A stretch of 64,000 bases of DNA from Calcarisporiella thermophila CBS 279.70 (lineage: Eukaryota > Fungi > Calcarisporiellomycota). The stretch covers positions 279,444 to 343,443 of the forward strand of contig NW_027192194.1 in assembly GCF_041956535.1 (NCBI RefSeq), given 5' to 3'. Below are positions 38,675 through 52,040 of the stretch, in pieces. A program made the translations under genes and the position numbers. The first letter of the stretch is position 1. Every line of letters begins with the position of its first letter. Below the pieces are notes generated by a model. The model worked only from the letters and a program-made list of their open reading frames with translations. It was not told the origin of the DNA and did no database searches.

Positions 38675-39963
38675 ATGAGGGTCCTTCCTTTTGTTGTTTT
38701 GGGAGCTATTTTCTTAGCTGGAGCTGAAGCCGCAAAGAAGGAAGACACAAAGAAAGATAAGGCCGTTGCGGCAGCACCTAAAACCGGTGCTGAGACACCT
38801 GTAGTTCAAGGAGCCCCCCTTCCAGGGGACTGGCCTGTATCTGATCAGAAAGTCAAGCCTAAGCCAGAATGGCTTAAGCAAGTTGACTTCTCAAAGTTGC
38901 CTAACGCTCCTGTTTCGTCGGCTAAAGGCCCGCAGTGCAAAGAAGGCCAAGATCAGTATGTAAAATTATTTTGAATGTTTCAGCTTTATACTAAGTCAAA
39001 TACGTAGATTCTGTGCTTGGACTTGCACCGGATGTACCCGCAACGACACGGACGTAGTTAAATGCCCTAAAAAGGGTGACTGGGGTCTAACCTTTGACGA
39101 TGGGCCTACCCCTTTCTCGCCGAAGCTATACGATTATCTGAATTCGATTAATCAGAAAGCCACCCTCTTTGTAATCGGCTCTCGCGTCAAAGAATACCCC
39201 GACTTATTGCGCCGTGCCTATAAGGACGGGCATCAAATTGCATCTCATACATGGTCGCATAGCATGATGACTTCGCTTTCCAATGAGGAGATTGTTGCTG
39301 AACTCAAGTGGACTGAGGAAGCCATAAAAGCCGCTATCAATGTCACCGTACGTTACTTCCGTCCTCCATATGGTGATATCGATGACCGTGTTCGCGGTAT
39401 TGCTAAGCAGCTCGGTTATAAGATTATTATCTGGAATCATGACACTGACGATTGGCGCATGGCCGAAGAGAAAGGATTCGACCCTAATTGGATTGATGGA
39501 AACTTTACCCAATGGGAGAAAGATGCCCCTAATATGACTGAAGGATCTATCTCTTTGGAGCACGGTATGTACTACTATACATGTCATATCATATTAATTT
39601 ATTAATGCTTATTTCCATTTAGATCTCTATGCCGGAACCGTTGATGCAGCAATTCGTAATATTCCCGGTTTGAAAAAAGCATTTAATGTCATCCCCGTAG
39701 CTCAGTGCCTGGCTGATCAGTATCCATATGCTGAGAAAGACATTGTCTATAATCCTGCAGGAGGCAATGCTACTGCATCTGCCTCTGCACAGATTCCAGT
39801 ATCTTCGGCACCAGCATCATCTGCTTCTATTATTCCCTCCACCTCCAAGGTGGATGCCGGCGCTATCGAGAGTGGCAAACCTTCTAAAGTATCATCAGGA
39901 AGTGGTGTCGTGAAGCCAGTCCTTGGCGCGATTTCTATGATTATTGCATTTGCACTTATTTAA
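38675..39963 (+). CDS. Secreted, probably GPI-anchored chitin deacetylase (CE4/NodB)
   Basis: Signal peptide; WGLTFDDGP, HQIASHTWSH, FRPPYGD, DTDDW and ISLEH|D motifs; Ser/Ala-rich linker and hydrophobic C-terminus. Confidence 0.93.
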
Positions 39964-40169
39964 GATGTTTGATCTACTATCTAGTTTAGTTTCTCTAGTT
40001 ATATTTAAATTTTTCATATAGAATTGAAAATAAACAAGTCTGTATAGATCATTTCTTAGAATCTCCTAAATTGAGCAAGGTTGAACAAGGCATTTGTGAG
40101 GTTCCTTTAATAATTGAATCAAACAAAGAGCAATAGATTGGTAAAAAAGATAAAAGGAGTTTGAAAAAT

Positions 40170-41313
40170 TTAAGATGTATCCATATCTGAATATGCTGTT
40201 GTCATTTTCTCATCAGGCTTTACCTCAGATTTATCGTCACCGCTAGATTGTGATTGATTTTCAGAATATTTGCTATCTGTTCGATTTTCTTGCTCTGAAT
40301 CTTCATGGTTAAGGATAGGATCTGTTTCAACTTCTGCCAAAGTCATAAATTGGTTATCCTCCGCATTATGATTACCACTCCCGTTTGTTTCCTGTTCCTC
40401 TGGATCTTGTTTTCCGCGATAAAATGGGATGGGAGAGAGGGATGGTTCAATGCACATGTCCATTGACTCTGTCGCCAGTGATGATTCGGATGACTGGAAT
40501 TTATTTGCTTCTCCATTCATGGTGTATGTAGTAAACTCTTCAAAACTAGAGGTTACCGCTACTACCTATTAATGGAGCCAACATAAATTAGATCCACCAT
40601 ATAAATTAACTGAAAATGATGATTACCTTTTCAATAGCTCGAAGATACTTGAAAAGAGTTTTGTGATGTTCTGTCGGTCGCATTAGGAGTTCGCATAGAC
40701 GTTGTATGGTGAAAGGTGGCCTTAATAAAAATATATTCATTACACTAGTCGAAGATAATTTTTACTACAGGATAGTACCCTTCAAAGTTTTCGAGATATT
40801 CGATTATTCTATTTTCGTAATCTTCATGTCTCTCTCCCGAAGAACCTTCTCCAGTAGGTTGATCTCCGTGAACATTAGAGATAATATTCTATACAATTTT
40901 TTTGTGACATGTTAATTCATAGATATTTTGAAAAAAAACACTATGCAATATAATCAACAAGTACCTGACGTAACTTGGTTTTAATGATATCTTTGAGAAG
41001 GGACCATTCCGTGCTACCGATAAAATTTCAAAGCATAAGTATACATCATATAAAATGAAAATAAATACGTACTTTACTTGGTCTGTGTCTGCAATATTCA
41101 AGAGAATCAAGTCATATTCTACGGAGTAAAAACATTTAAGTTGGTTATGATCCAATAAATTGAACCAATTTATAAATACCTGACTTCCATGAAAAGTTGG
41201 AAGTTGATGATCCTTAAATATTGATGAATTAAATAAATCACATTAATAAAAAAGATCACATTTTAATTATATTCACCCTCTTGTGCAGGTATTGTTGATT
41301 CAGCAGTCATCAT
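40170..41313 (-). CDS. PPP4R2: Protein phosphatase 4 regulatory subunit 2 (PPP4R2/Psy4)
   Basis: Spliced EWSLLKDII...ENFEG|PPFTIQRLCELLMRPTEHHKTLFKYLRAIEK|VVAVTS, followed by an acidic tail. Confidence 0.88.
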
Positions 41314-41465
41314 AATTCTAAAGATGCTGGAGATATAGGTGCTGAACAATTTTTCAATATATTGAGGTTAATAATTAATAATTAATAAGATTAATTATAT
41401 TTAAGTATTGTTTTTCAAATTCAACAGTAACTGAAATATATTTTTCTTTTGCTTGTCTGCAAATC
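41314..41465. promoter_or_regulatory. Putative bidirectional promoter PPP4R2/NFU1
   Basis: 152 bp, very AT-rich, between divergent ATGs. Confidence 0.55.
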
Positions 41466-42356
41466 ATGTGGCGAACGGCAATTTTAAGTATTTCTCGCTC
41501 TTCGAGGTATCCCATAATATCGATCTCGAATCCCAATGCTTATTTACATATTTATTCTTCGCACCCGCCTTCGGGTGCGCTCAATGCATTGAGGCAACAG
41601 TGGAATTTGTCACGATGCCTGGTTCCAAAAATTTCACATCAAGGTAAAATTATGATTATGGTATCTTTGTTTATAAATCTACTCTGATAAACCCATCTCT
41701 TTTATATTTTTACTCTTATAATAGTCCGATCAATGTTTATTCAAACCGAGATCACGCCAAATGAAGACTCGCTTAAATTCAAGCCTGGTGTGCCTGTTCT
41801 TCAAGGAGGAAATACCGCAGAATTTCTCGATATACGTTCAGCTACTAGTTCCCCATTAGCCAAGAAACTTTTTCAGATTGAAGGCGTGCGTGGAGTTTTA
41901 TTTGGAGCTGACTTTATCACGGTATCGAAGGATCCCGAAGCACCTTGGCAACAAATGAAGCCAGATATCTATGCAACCATCATGGATTTTTTCAGTTCCG
42001 GTCAACCTGTGCTTTCAGATGGAGAACATGCTCCATCCGATACTGAAATCCTTCCTGATGATCCCGAAGTGGTTCAGATGATTAAAGAGCTATTAGACAC
42101 GCGCATTCGTCCTGCGATACAAGAGGATGGAGGTGATATTGAGTATCGCGGATTTGTGGACGGAGTTGTACAGCTAAAGCTTCGAGGGTCATGCCGAACA
42201 TGTGATTCTTCAGTTGTAACGCTGAAGAATGGTATTGAAAACATGCTAAAACATTATATCCCGGAGGTTGAGTCGGTAGAGCAAGTGGTAGACCCTGAAG
42301 AATCAATTAGTCAACAGGAATTTGCCAAGCTAGAATCTCGGCTTAACAAACAATAA
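41466..42356 (+). CDS. NFU1: Mitochondrial Fe-S cluster carrier Nfu1
   Basis: Presequence exon, one intron (about 41644-41723), then [35 protein letters not shown] and GSCRTC. Confidence 0.96.
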
Positions 42357-42941
42357 TCGTTTTCATATCTAGGATATTCTTTCCTTGTAGATATAGATAT
42401 AAATAGAATTTATGAAGTAGTTTTCTCCTTGAACGTATGCACCTATTTAAAGAGTTCTATAGGGCAATCCTTTCACAAAACAAACAAATCACTGTCACAT
42501 TTTCCTTTATGCAGATAAAGGTTACAAAATCAACTGCAAATGGTAAAACAAATCCTAGTTTGAACTGAAAACATCAAACGCTGGGATAAAGTGCCCGGGT
42601 AATATTTTCGCTCGGTTGCAGATTTTATTATTTTTCTGCAAGTTGTAAAAGCCACCACAAGCGATAAAACGTGGGTATGGGCTTCTATTGAGAAAGGAAT
42701 AGGCATATGTCGTTAGGCTCAAATCACTGGCGTGGTGGTGTAACCATGTCAAGAATTTATAAACTGCTCTCTTTCAAAATTTGCTTTTTACTCAGAATTT
42801 TCGGCTCAATCATTTCATTACTTTGCTTCCAGTCTTTCCATTAATGCATCAGCATTACTGCATTTTCCACCCGGGACATCAGAGACACATTCGAAAAAAG
42901 GAATAGATATATCCAAGAGTAACTGAGAAAAGATTATTATC

Positions 42942-45112
42942 ATGGTTGAAATTACCACTCTTGAGGTGGTAACCGCTCTGGTGGGAGCTTTTATTATTTT
43001 ATTCGGCCTCGTTTCTATGTTTATCAAAGAAAAGATCTATCTATCGGAAGCATGTGAGCAAAAATTGCTATTATTTTTTTGACAAATGTGCTCGAATACT
43101 TAGCACCTCCACCAGTTGTTTCTCTGGCTTTTGGTATTATATTTGGCCCGATAGCTGCAGGGTTAATCGTCCCTCAAAGTTGGGCACACAACATGCATGA
43201 AATAACGGAAGAATACACTCGAATTGTGATAATTGTGCAGGTATATCATTTATTCAATTATCACATTCCATTTCTCTAATTCAACTCGTCTTAGGTTATG
43301 GCTGCCGCAGTGGCACTACCCAAGTAACCACAACATATGTGGACCGTAAAAAAAAGTAGTTGACTTTTTTTTCCAACATTGCTTTAGGCACTATGTCTGG
43401 AAAGAGTGGAAATCGCTCCTGATGTTTCTGATACCCATTCTCGTTTATATGTGGATTGTAAGCGGCTTGTTTATTTGGCTATTGATTCCCAACCTTGATT
43501 TGGCAAGTGTATTATGATCGAACTTGATACTTATCTTCTTACTGAAATTCTACTCTTTCGAAAAGATCGAAGCATTGGCCATATCCAGTTGCATAACTCC
43601 AACTGATCCTATTCTAGCTAACTCCATAGTAAAAGGGAAATTTGCCGATGAGCACGTTCCACCTCATGTTCGCAATATTCTCTCTGCTGAAAGGTATTAT
43701 ACGGAAAGTCTTACAATTAACATGGATTAAATATTTATTAATATAATATTTTTAGTGGTGCTAATGATGGTACTGCCTTTACTTGCGCCATTTCTTGTCA
43801 CGGGAACTAATTTTCATGTTTGCACAGGCTTTGCTCTTCCTCTTCTTTTTCTCACGGTCTACCTGAAGAGGTATCCTGCGGGAGAAGCAATAGCCAAATG
43901 GTTTTATTGGGTTTGGGCATATGAAGTAGCCCTGGCGGTTCTAATTGGAGGAATAGTCGGATTTGTAGCGAGAAAACTACTAAAGCAATCAGAAAGAAGG
44001 TATTAGAGCTATATTCCCATTGGAAATTTAAAGTATATATGACCATTTCATTTGTATTTTTTACAGGAAACTTATAGACAAAGATAGCTTTTTAGTATTT
44101 TCTATTGCGCTTGCGGTATGTCTACTATATTACTTATATTTAGCTCAGAAAATTCACAGTTTTTAAAGTTATTTCTCATGGGTGTTATCGGTATCATGGA
44201 TGGCGACGACTTTGTCTCTGTTTTCGTGGCAGGAATTGTATTTACATGGGAGTAAGTATATATTTTACCTTCAAATTTACTAGCAGTTTTCTTATATGCC
44301 TCGAATAGCGACTGGTTTCGTCGTGAAACAGAAGATGCACACTTTCAAGAAGTTATTGAGGCTCTACTTAACATGACCATTTTCGTTTACCTGGGTGCCA
44401 TTATTCCTTGGTCAAGCTTTGGAAATGCAGCTATCGATCTCTCCGTATGGCGATTATTGGTGCTTTCTATTCTTATATTACTTTTTCGGCGTATTCCTAT
44501 TGTGATCCTCTTAAAGCCGTTTATCCCTGCCACAAAAAATTTTCGCGAAAGTTTGTTTTGCGGGTAAAGATATAGAGCAACATTAGTATAATTTTTTTTA
44601 CTCTTAATATTTTGTATTATATTAGGCACTTTGGGCCAATTGGAGTCGGCGCTATTTATTACGCGATGGTGATCGAAAAGCAACTTGCTGATAATCAAAG
44701 GTTAAAAGACGTGACCTTCCCAGTAGTTTCATTTGTTGTAATTGCATCCGTTGTGGTGCATGGTGTTACCATTCCGCTCTTCCATCTTGGATCCCAAATT
44801 ACGACACGTACCTTAACACGCACGAGCATTCAAAATCAAGTTCTTAGATTGCCACTAGTTAAAATTGGGCAGCCGATCCCACTTCGTCGTGAAGATGGAG
44901 AACTGGGTAGTATGAGTTCCGAAGGAGTTAAAGTCAATGGGATAGAGAATGGCGATATTACAGTTAACGTTCCTCTGTCCGAATCTTTACCAGAGCAGTC
45001 TGTCAGCATAGAATTACCAAAACATCCTCGAAACCAAGAGAACCTTTCGGAATCTTCCCCCGATGAACAATCTATTCTTAACGCATCATCTTCAACGAAG
45101 CTCGGCCAATAA
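42942..45112 (+). CDS. NHA1: Plasma-membrane Na+(K+)/H+ antiporter, Nha1/Sod2 family
   Basis: FIKEKIYLSEA, CITPTDPILANSIVKGKFA, LSAES|GAND|G, LFRRIP and HFGPIGVGA. About 11 exons, including a GC-AG intron and a 14-nt microexon. Confidence 0.92.
43503..43565 (+). other. GC-AG intron in NHA1
   Basis: Donor TTG|GCAAGT, acceptor AAAAG|ATC. The join gives PNLDL-IEALAISSCITPTDP; the nearby GT donor would shift the frame. Confidence 0.8.
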
Positions 45113-45392
45113 CTAGAGATTGCTACCTCTATTGAGACTAATCCAACAGTTGCTTCGAGTTATTTTTTATCTCCATGCTTTTATTCCTTTTCTATCTTTG
45201 TTAAAATACATTTTGCCAGGTGGAGGATGAATGTATTGTTTTATTTATCTATTTTATTTTGCTTAAATATTTTTATATTTTTATTTATTGAATATTTAAC
45301 ATTTTCGCCACTTAATTTCATTAAATAAAGATATATTTATTAATTTTTTATACAATTTGAATCTGAAGCTGAAACATATACATGATGTATAG

Positions 45393-45872
45393 TTAATTTG
45401 AAGGCTTTAGATTGGGCATGCGCAAAAATTCCTTCTTTTTATTTTTAGTATGCTCCTGAAGCATGGTAAGAATTTTGCTCTTACGCCATTGCTCGGGAAT
45501 CTTTTTACCACCAGTTGCCCAAGCATAAATATCCCAATCAGGTTCTTCCAGTAATGAATCATATTCGTCTAATTCAGCAGAAGTAAATGTGTCTAGATAC
45601 TTGTGAGCAAATGTCGAGAGTAGCAGATCTGTCTCGAGAATACCACGCTTTCTTGACTGATAAATGAGGCGAGCGCGTTTTTGAGAAATAGGAGCATCGA
45701 TGGAGCGAGATCTAGGACGCAAATTGGAATTTCCTCCTTCAACATCGGAATCCTTAGATTCAATTTTATTACATATGGAACTGGCAAAAAGATTGCGAGC
45801 GATTTTGGTGGGATGCCCACTCGATGCTGCCAAAATTCTACGACAGGAAGTAGAGCTTAACATTTGATTCAT
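45393..45872 (-). CDS. SDH5: Succinate dehydrogenase flavinylation factor SDHAF2/Sdh5
   Basis: [24 protein letters not shown]...[19 protein letters not shown]; intronless. Confidence 0.96.
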   Translation of the reverse strand: MNQMLSSTSCRRILAASSGHPTKIARNLFASSICNKIESKDSDVEGGNSNLRPRSRSIDAPISQKRARLIYQSRKRGILETDLLLSTFAHKYLDTFTSAELDEYDSLLEEPDWDIYAWATGGKKIPEQWRKSKILTMLQEHTKNKKKEFLRMPNLKPSN

Positions 45873-46010
45873 AGGATTTTAGAAATGATGCCAGAGATAA
45901 ATAAGTGTAATAAAATTATCGATTCTAACCGAATTAATTTGTGACGTACTTTCTTATTAAACGTCATATACAGCACATTTTTTCTATAGTTAATCTAGGT
46001 GTCAGACAAA
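45873..46010. promoter_or_regulatory. Putative bidirectional promoter SDH5/LAMTOR2 with inverted CRE-like half sites
   Basis: 138 bp between divergent ATGs, containing TGACGT (45942) and ACGTCA (45961) in inverted orientation. Confidence 0.5.
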
Positions 46011-46415
46011 ATGCCTCTATTAATGATTAAAACCGTTGGAGCAATTTTGCAACAGGCCGTTACGGGGGGTATTACGTGTTGTATACTTGTTAATACATCT
46101 GGCGCTATTATAACTTATGCGGGCTTGGTAGAAGAGGAAGAGGCTAAAACTTACGCAGCCATTGCGGCTAATCTTTGGAATATTTATTCGCGGAATAGCA
46201 ACACCATCTTCCTAAAGCATGATGATCTCACGAGATTAACAGCAGTTTGTGAAAAGGGAACAGTATATGTCACCGGAATTTACCCTTATTTTCTATGTGT
46301 TGTATCAGAACCCCAAGCATCCCCCGGACTAATCAAGGCCAAAATGGATGCAATTGTACGCTATCTTGATCCACACATCCGAGAACTAGGGGAATATCTT
46401 GATAATCAGGGATGA
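46011..46415 (+). CDS. LAMTOR2: Ragulator subunit LAMTOR2 (roadblock/LC7 fold)
   Basis: ILQQAVTGG..CILVNTSGAIITYAG, AAIAANLWNIY and GLIKAKMDAIVRYL parallel the LAMTOR2 motifs LSQANTGG, AAIASNIWAAY and GMLKAKAQALVQYL; intronless. Confidence 0.88.
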   Translation: MPLLMIKTVGAILQQAVTGGITCCILVNTSGAIITYAGLVEEEEAKTYAAIAANLWNIYSRNSNTIFLKHDDLTRLTAVCEKGTVYVTGIYPYFLCVVSEPQASPGLIKAKMDAIVRYLDPHIRELGEYLDNQG

Positions 46416-47580
46416 TTAAGCATTGCAAAAGATTTTTTTTGATTTTGCCTTCATAATTTGTTTGTAATTTCTTAATATTGAAGCTGACTTATATAATGAA
46501 AATTTGTATGCTCAATACGTTAACATCGTTTTGAATCTTGGAGCATGTCGCTTTTATACCAATACATTATATTTGTTTTAGTAAATCTAGCAATCAAGAG
46601 AATAATCGCGGTTGAGGTTTTACATAATTACCAAGTTTGTTCTTTAATCTATGTACAATAAATGACAAGAAAAATTAGTTTCCATTTGACATTCGAAATA
46701 TAATAAACGATGCTTGCAGGATTGATTTTGCGAACCTATATAATATTGCAATTGGAAACATGGCCAAGAGATTATTACATTTTCTAACTAATATGATTGA
46801 TAGTAATAGAGTCTGTGTTCGGATATATCGAAACGAGTCTGCATAATTTCGTATAATGATTTTAAAAATATACACTGGATACCTATATTTTATCCAGTTT
46901 TGTCATTTTTAGCTTATCTTCATTTTTCATATGATACTTTATCTGGAGATCGGCCGCCTGAGAGTCATACTGGTTCAGCTTATTTTCATACAAGTCCAAC
47001 TTTTGCAGGGGCGCTGAAAAGTATATTTACTTGAATTGTTAGTGCCTTCTTTGTCCTTTTCGATCATGGCACTTACTCTATAGGCTTACAATCGCTCCCA
47101 TACATAAGAATACTGATAAACCTTCAAGCTGAATATCGGAGTCCAGTGTTAACTTGTAGCATTGAGCCAGAATAGTAGAGAATAGTGTAGGATGCACAAA
47201 AAAGCGGAGAAAATAAACTGTCACACAAAGCCTAAGGACACTCTTGCTATCAATATCTTATATACATCTAGGAGTGCATTGGGTAATTTTACGAATATCG
47301 TAGGAACAAAAGTGGCCATATAGGAAACTATATATTTAAAACAATCTTATTCTAATTGTAGCAACACAATTTAAATTTTTCCATAAATAGTAAAGCATTT
47401 GCTTAGAGATGCGGAGCCACTTGTATAGAATTCAAATACGAAAATACTAGCAAGCTGTGTCACGTCTTTGCCACACCAACTGCAAATAAGGCGCGCCGTT
47501 TATTTGTGCCTCCTCTTGTTATTTTTCATATAACTTACACTTCTCGTTTCTCTCTTTAGAGCATATATCAAAATCGCAAA

Positions 47581-49646
47581 ATGTCTTCATCTTCTTATGA
47601 TGAATTTCCAGTAGTTATTGGAATTGGTCTGTACAAAATGACCTAATGTTAGTCGATGCATTTCACTTAATAATTTATAGACTTTGGAACTACTTATAGC
47701 GGCTGTTCATATGCCTTTGTCCAAAATAAAGAGGTGGTAGATATACAACGATGGTAACATTTCACATCATTTTACGATCGTTTTAATCTTTGATATTTAT
47801 TTTCACTTTTTATTGCTTAATATATAGGCCACGTCAGGGTGGCGATCCTTATCCCAAGGTACCATCTCAGAGCATATATCCACACGGAAGCAAACAGTTA
47901 CAAAGTTGGGGTCATGGAGCTCGCCATATAATGTCTACTCCCGACGGAAAAAACATGCTCATGCTACGCAAATTTAAACTTTACCTCGATGAGAATTTAC
48001 ATTTACCGCCACTACCAAATCATCTTTCAGTCGTTGATGTTATTTCGGATTATCTTGGAGCTTTTCACAGTTATGGTGAGAAAATTCAGTTCATTCCTTA
48101 TACTACTTATTAGCTTATTTTATATATACCTATAGTTCTCGGTGAATTGCGAAAATCTTTTGGGGCATATGATAACAAACATTTTCGCTACTGCTTAACC
48201 GTTCCCGCTATGTGGTCTGATCGTGCGAAAGCAGCCATGCGTCTTGCAGCCATACGTGCCGGATTAGTGGGCCCGCATGACCACCCTGATCGACTTCTTC
48301 TCATATCAGAACCTGAAGCTGCTGCATTATACTGTGAGAAAAAGTGCGAGCAATTCAACCTTCAACCCGGGAATCGCTTTATGATCTGCGACGCAGGTGG
48401 CGGAACCGTGGACTTAGTTGTTTTTGAAATTGAAGAACAGTTTGGAGTACGTTCACTTAAAGAAATTACCAAAGGCCACGGATCTTCTTGCGGGTCAACG
48501 TTTCTAGATGAAAACATGCGTCGACTTCTTGAGTCGAAATTGGCACGGCTTGGAAGATTGCCAACGATGGTTTTTGAACAGTTGATGCAGCGATTTGTGG
48601 ATGATGTTAAGCCGAATTTTGATGGGCAGGTAAGCCTTCATTGCATACAAATATTTCGTTATACTTAATCTATTTTGACAACTAGAGCGATCACTTTATC
48701 CATCTTCCAGCTGGGATTATGCTTCAAGACGGTGAAAGCTATGCAGACATTGGCATAGAAGATAATATGTTGCGACTTACTGCACAAGAGTTGAAAATGG
48801 CGGTGTTTGATCCTGTGATAAACTCTGTTCTCGGGTTGATTGACGAACAACTCAGACAGGCGAAATGGCTGGACGCTATCTTTCTAGTGGGCGGTTTTGG
48901 TCAGTCAGACTACCTACACGAGTGTGTCAAGCATACGTTTGTATCGACAGGCCGTGTTGGTCTGGTTGGTGTGCCACCACGGGGAGCTCTTGCTGTAGTA
49001 CGTGGTGCAGTAATGTTTGGGCTGTATCCTCGAGTAATTGCTCAGCGCATTGCACGTCGTTCCTACGGCGTTGAAACAACTATGCGCTTTGAACCGGGGT
49101 AATTATACTTCTTTTAGAGTTGGATGAGCGCATCTCGGTGATAATGTTTTAAATCTTCAGCCTAGACCCAGCAGAATATTCTTTCATAAGAGCAGATGGA
49201 AATCGCTACTGTCGTTATCGCTTTTCTATCTATTGTTACAAAGGTCAGCCTGTCAGAGTCGATGAATGTGTTACCAAAACATATTCAGTCACCTATCCCA
49301 ATGATACAGATTGTGATCTTTTTGCATGCGATTTAGATGGGCCGACACCCCGGCTCACAACTCATCCAGCAATCCGTAAAGGTACTGTTTTACATATTAT
49401 TTTGCTTAGTACATGTATTCTAAAATATTACGGATAGTTGCTGCGTTCCCCATCAAGATGCCTAATTTTCCAGATCTTAAACACGGCGACAGAGTACAGA
49501 TGACGGTAAAAATGTTTTTTGGACTGACTGAGCTCAAGATAAATGTACGAATCCGTGATCGAGAGTTTATATTTACATCTACATTCGAAAATGAAGATCC
49601 AAACCCTCAAGCTTATTCTGCTTCACCACCTCCGTATAGCTCATAA
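47581..49646 (+). CDS. Atypical Hsp70-like ATPase (HSPA12 type)
   Basis: VVIGI|DFGTTYSG, YCLTVPAMWSD, ISEPEAAALYC, ICDAGGGTVDL, FLVGGFGQS, AVVRGAV; 7 exons. Confidence 0.88.
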
Positions 49647-49761
49647 AGTATGTCTACTTCGATAGTTATTATTTATTATTGGATTTCTTTATAAATATAT
49701 TTATATGTTTGTATTTTCATTTGCTCAAATTGAAGTTATATATTAATTATATGAATACAAT

Positions 49762-50585
<824 letters not shown>

Positions 50586-50716
50586 GATTAAGAGAGAGCT
50601 AATGATAGGTTTTAAGGGAATATTGATTTATTGAAAATTTTTAAATTAAATAATTAAAAACTAGTTTTCGAAAAATATATTGCGACTCCATAAAACGTCA
50701 AGTCCAAAATTCTTAT

Positions 50717-51223
50717 CTAGACCAAAATTATCGCTGCTAGCAGAGTTGTAAAAAGTAAAGTAGTGAACATTATTGTCGACTTATGCGCATTGCTGATCGT
50801 AATTTTCACTGCACTGAGGCCAATATTTGAACTTTCTTTTGCTCCATTTACAGTCACCTCTGTTCCTAGGTGGTAAATTCCAGGAGCAAAATCCCCAGGA
50901 ATAGTCCAGTCGAGGTCATATTCGGGCTGCTTAGTGATAGACTCAAGACTCAGTGTTATCTTCTTTTTGATGTCTTCTTTGATGATGCGGAAGAATTTGG
51001 TATCGCTGGTAGTATTCATAACACCAACAGTAACTGAATATTCTCCGGTGGTGAGCATAGCGGAATACTGGAGTTTGATATGAACCTTCTGGTTAAGAGA
51101 AAATGTCTGATTGCCCTTCGGCTCCACAATGTCGACTATGTTTGAAATTGAAAAGTTTTGCGCGTAGCATCGTGCTGTTAAAATAATTACAAAAAGAAAA
51201 AGTGAAAATATAGTACGTCTCAT
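50717..51223 (-). CDS. Small secreted, probably GPI-anchored or C-terminally anchored beta-rich protein
   Basis: Signal peptide; IVEPKGNQTF, YDLDWTIPGDFAPGIYHL (reminiscent of Ser/Thr-rich GPI or Kre9-like Ig folds); hydrophobic C-terminus; intronless. Confidence 0.7.
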   Translation of the reverse strand: MRRTIFSLFLFVIILTARCYAQNFSISNIVDIVEPKGNQTFSLNQKVHIKLQYSAMLTTGEYSVTVGVMNTTSDTKFFRIIKEDIKKKITLSLESITKQPEYDLDWTIPGDFAPGIYHLGTEVTVNGAKESSNIGLSAVKITISNAHKSTIMFTTLLFTTLLAAIILV

Positions 51224-52040
51224 TTTTAAGTACGATCTTATTCACCGGAATTAGAGGTATTAATTAACTGAATTCAAAAGAAACAAAGAAAATGGATTAG
51301 AGGATTAAGTTAAATGATGTGAAAGAATAGTTTTTTATGTGTGATTGCGAAAATGAGAAGTGCTGAGTTCTCTGTGTCTTTGTACAACCCTTGGGTAACA
51401 ACTAGACCAATGTATATGTTTAAAGCAATCTGTGCTATAAATTCTAAAATATCTAAGTTTATTTTACGTGTGAGAAGTGGAATCGTCTAATGAATATCAG
51501 TAATGCTTGGTTGACTATATATTTCGAGTTGCCTTCTACCTCTGCGTACATAGTACTCTACTGTGTTAAAATCTGATCGCGGAATGTTCTGGTGCTGTCG
51601 AAACTGTTCTCGTATAAATTGATACCAATGTGGACGTGATTGCTTATAAAGCATTTTGGTTAGCAGGTATTATAAAGAGAGCTTATACAGTAATACACAC
51701 CAGAGGTTTAGATCTAGCTGCGCGCCAACAATCCCTGTAAAGAATCAATACATCATTTTGAAGTCCTGACCGCATTGCAATGTTAATATTTCGAAAACAT
51801 AAATTTGGAGAAGTTAAGCCACGAGCAATTCTGAAAATTCACACCTAACAAAAATTTTCGAATGTGTACATCATCTAGAAAGAGTCAAGAGCAAAATTAT
51901 GAAAAAAAAAAGCGAAGGCAAAAAATAAAGGCTTAAGTATCGATAGTGACTCTTTTTTCACAAAGGGTTATTCTTTTTTTTATTTAAAAGAATAAACGAA
52001 CTCTATTCATTCTACATTCACTTTTCTCACAACTCAAATT

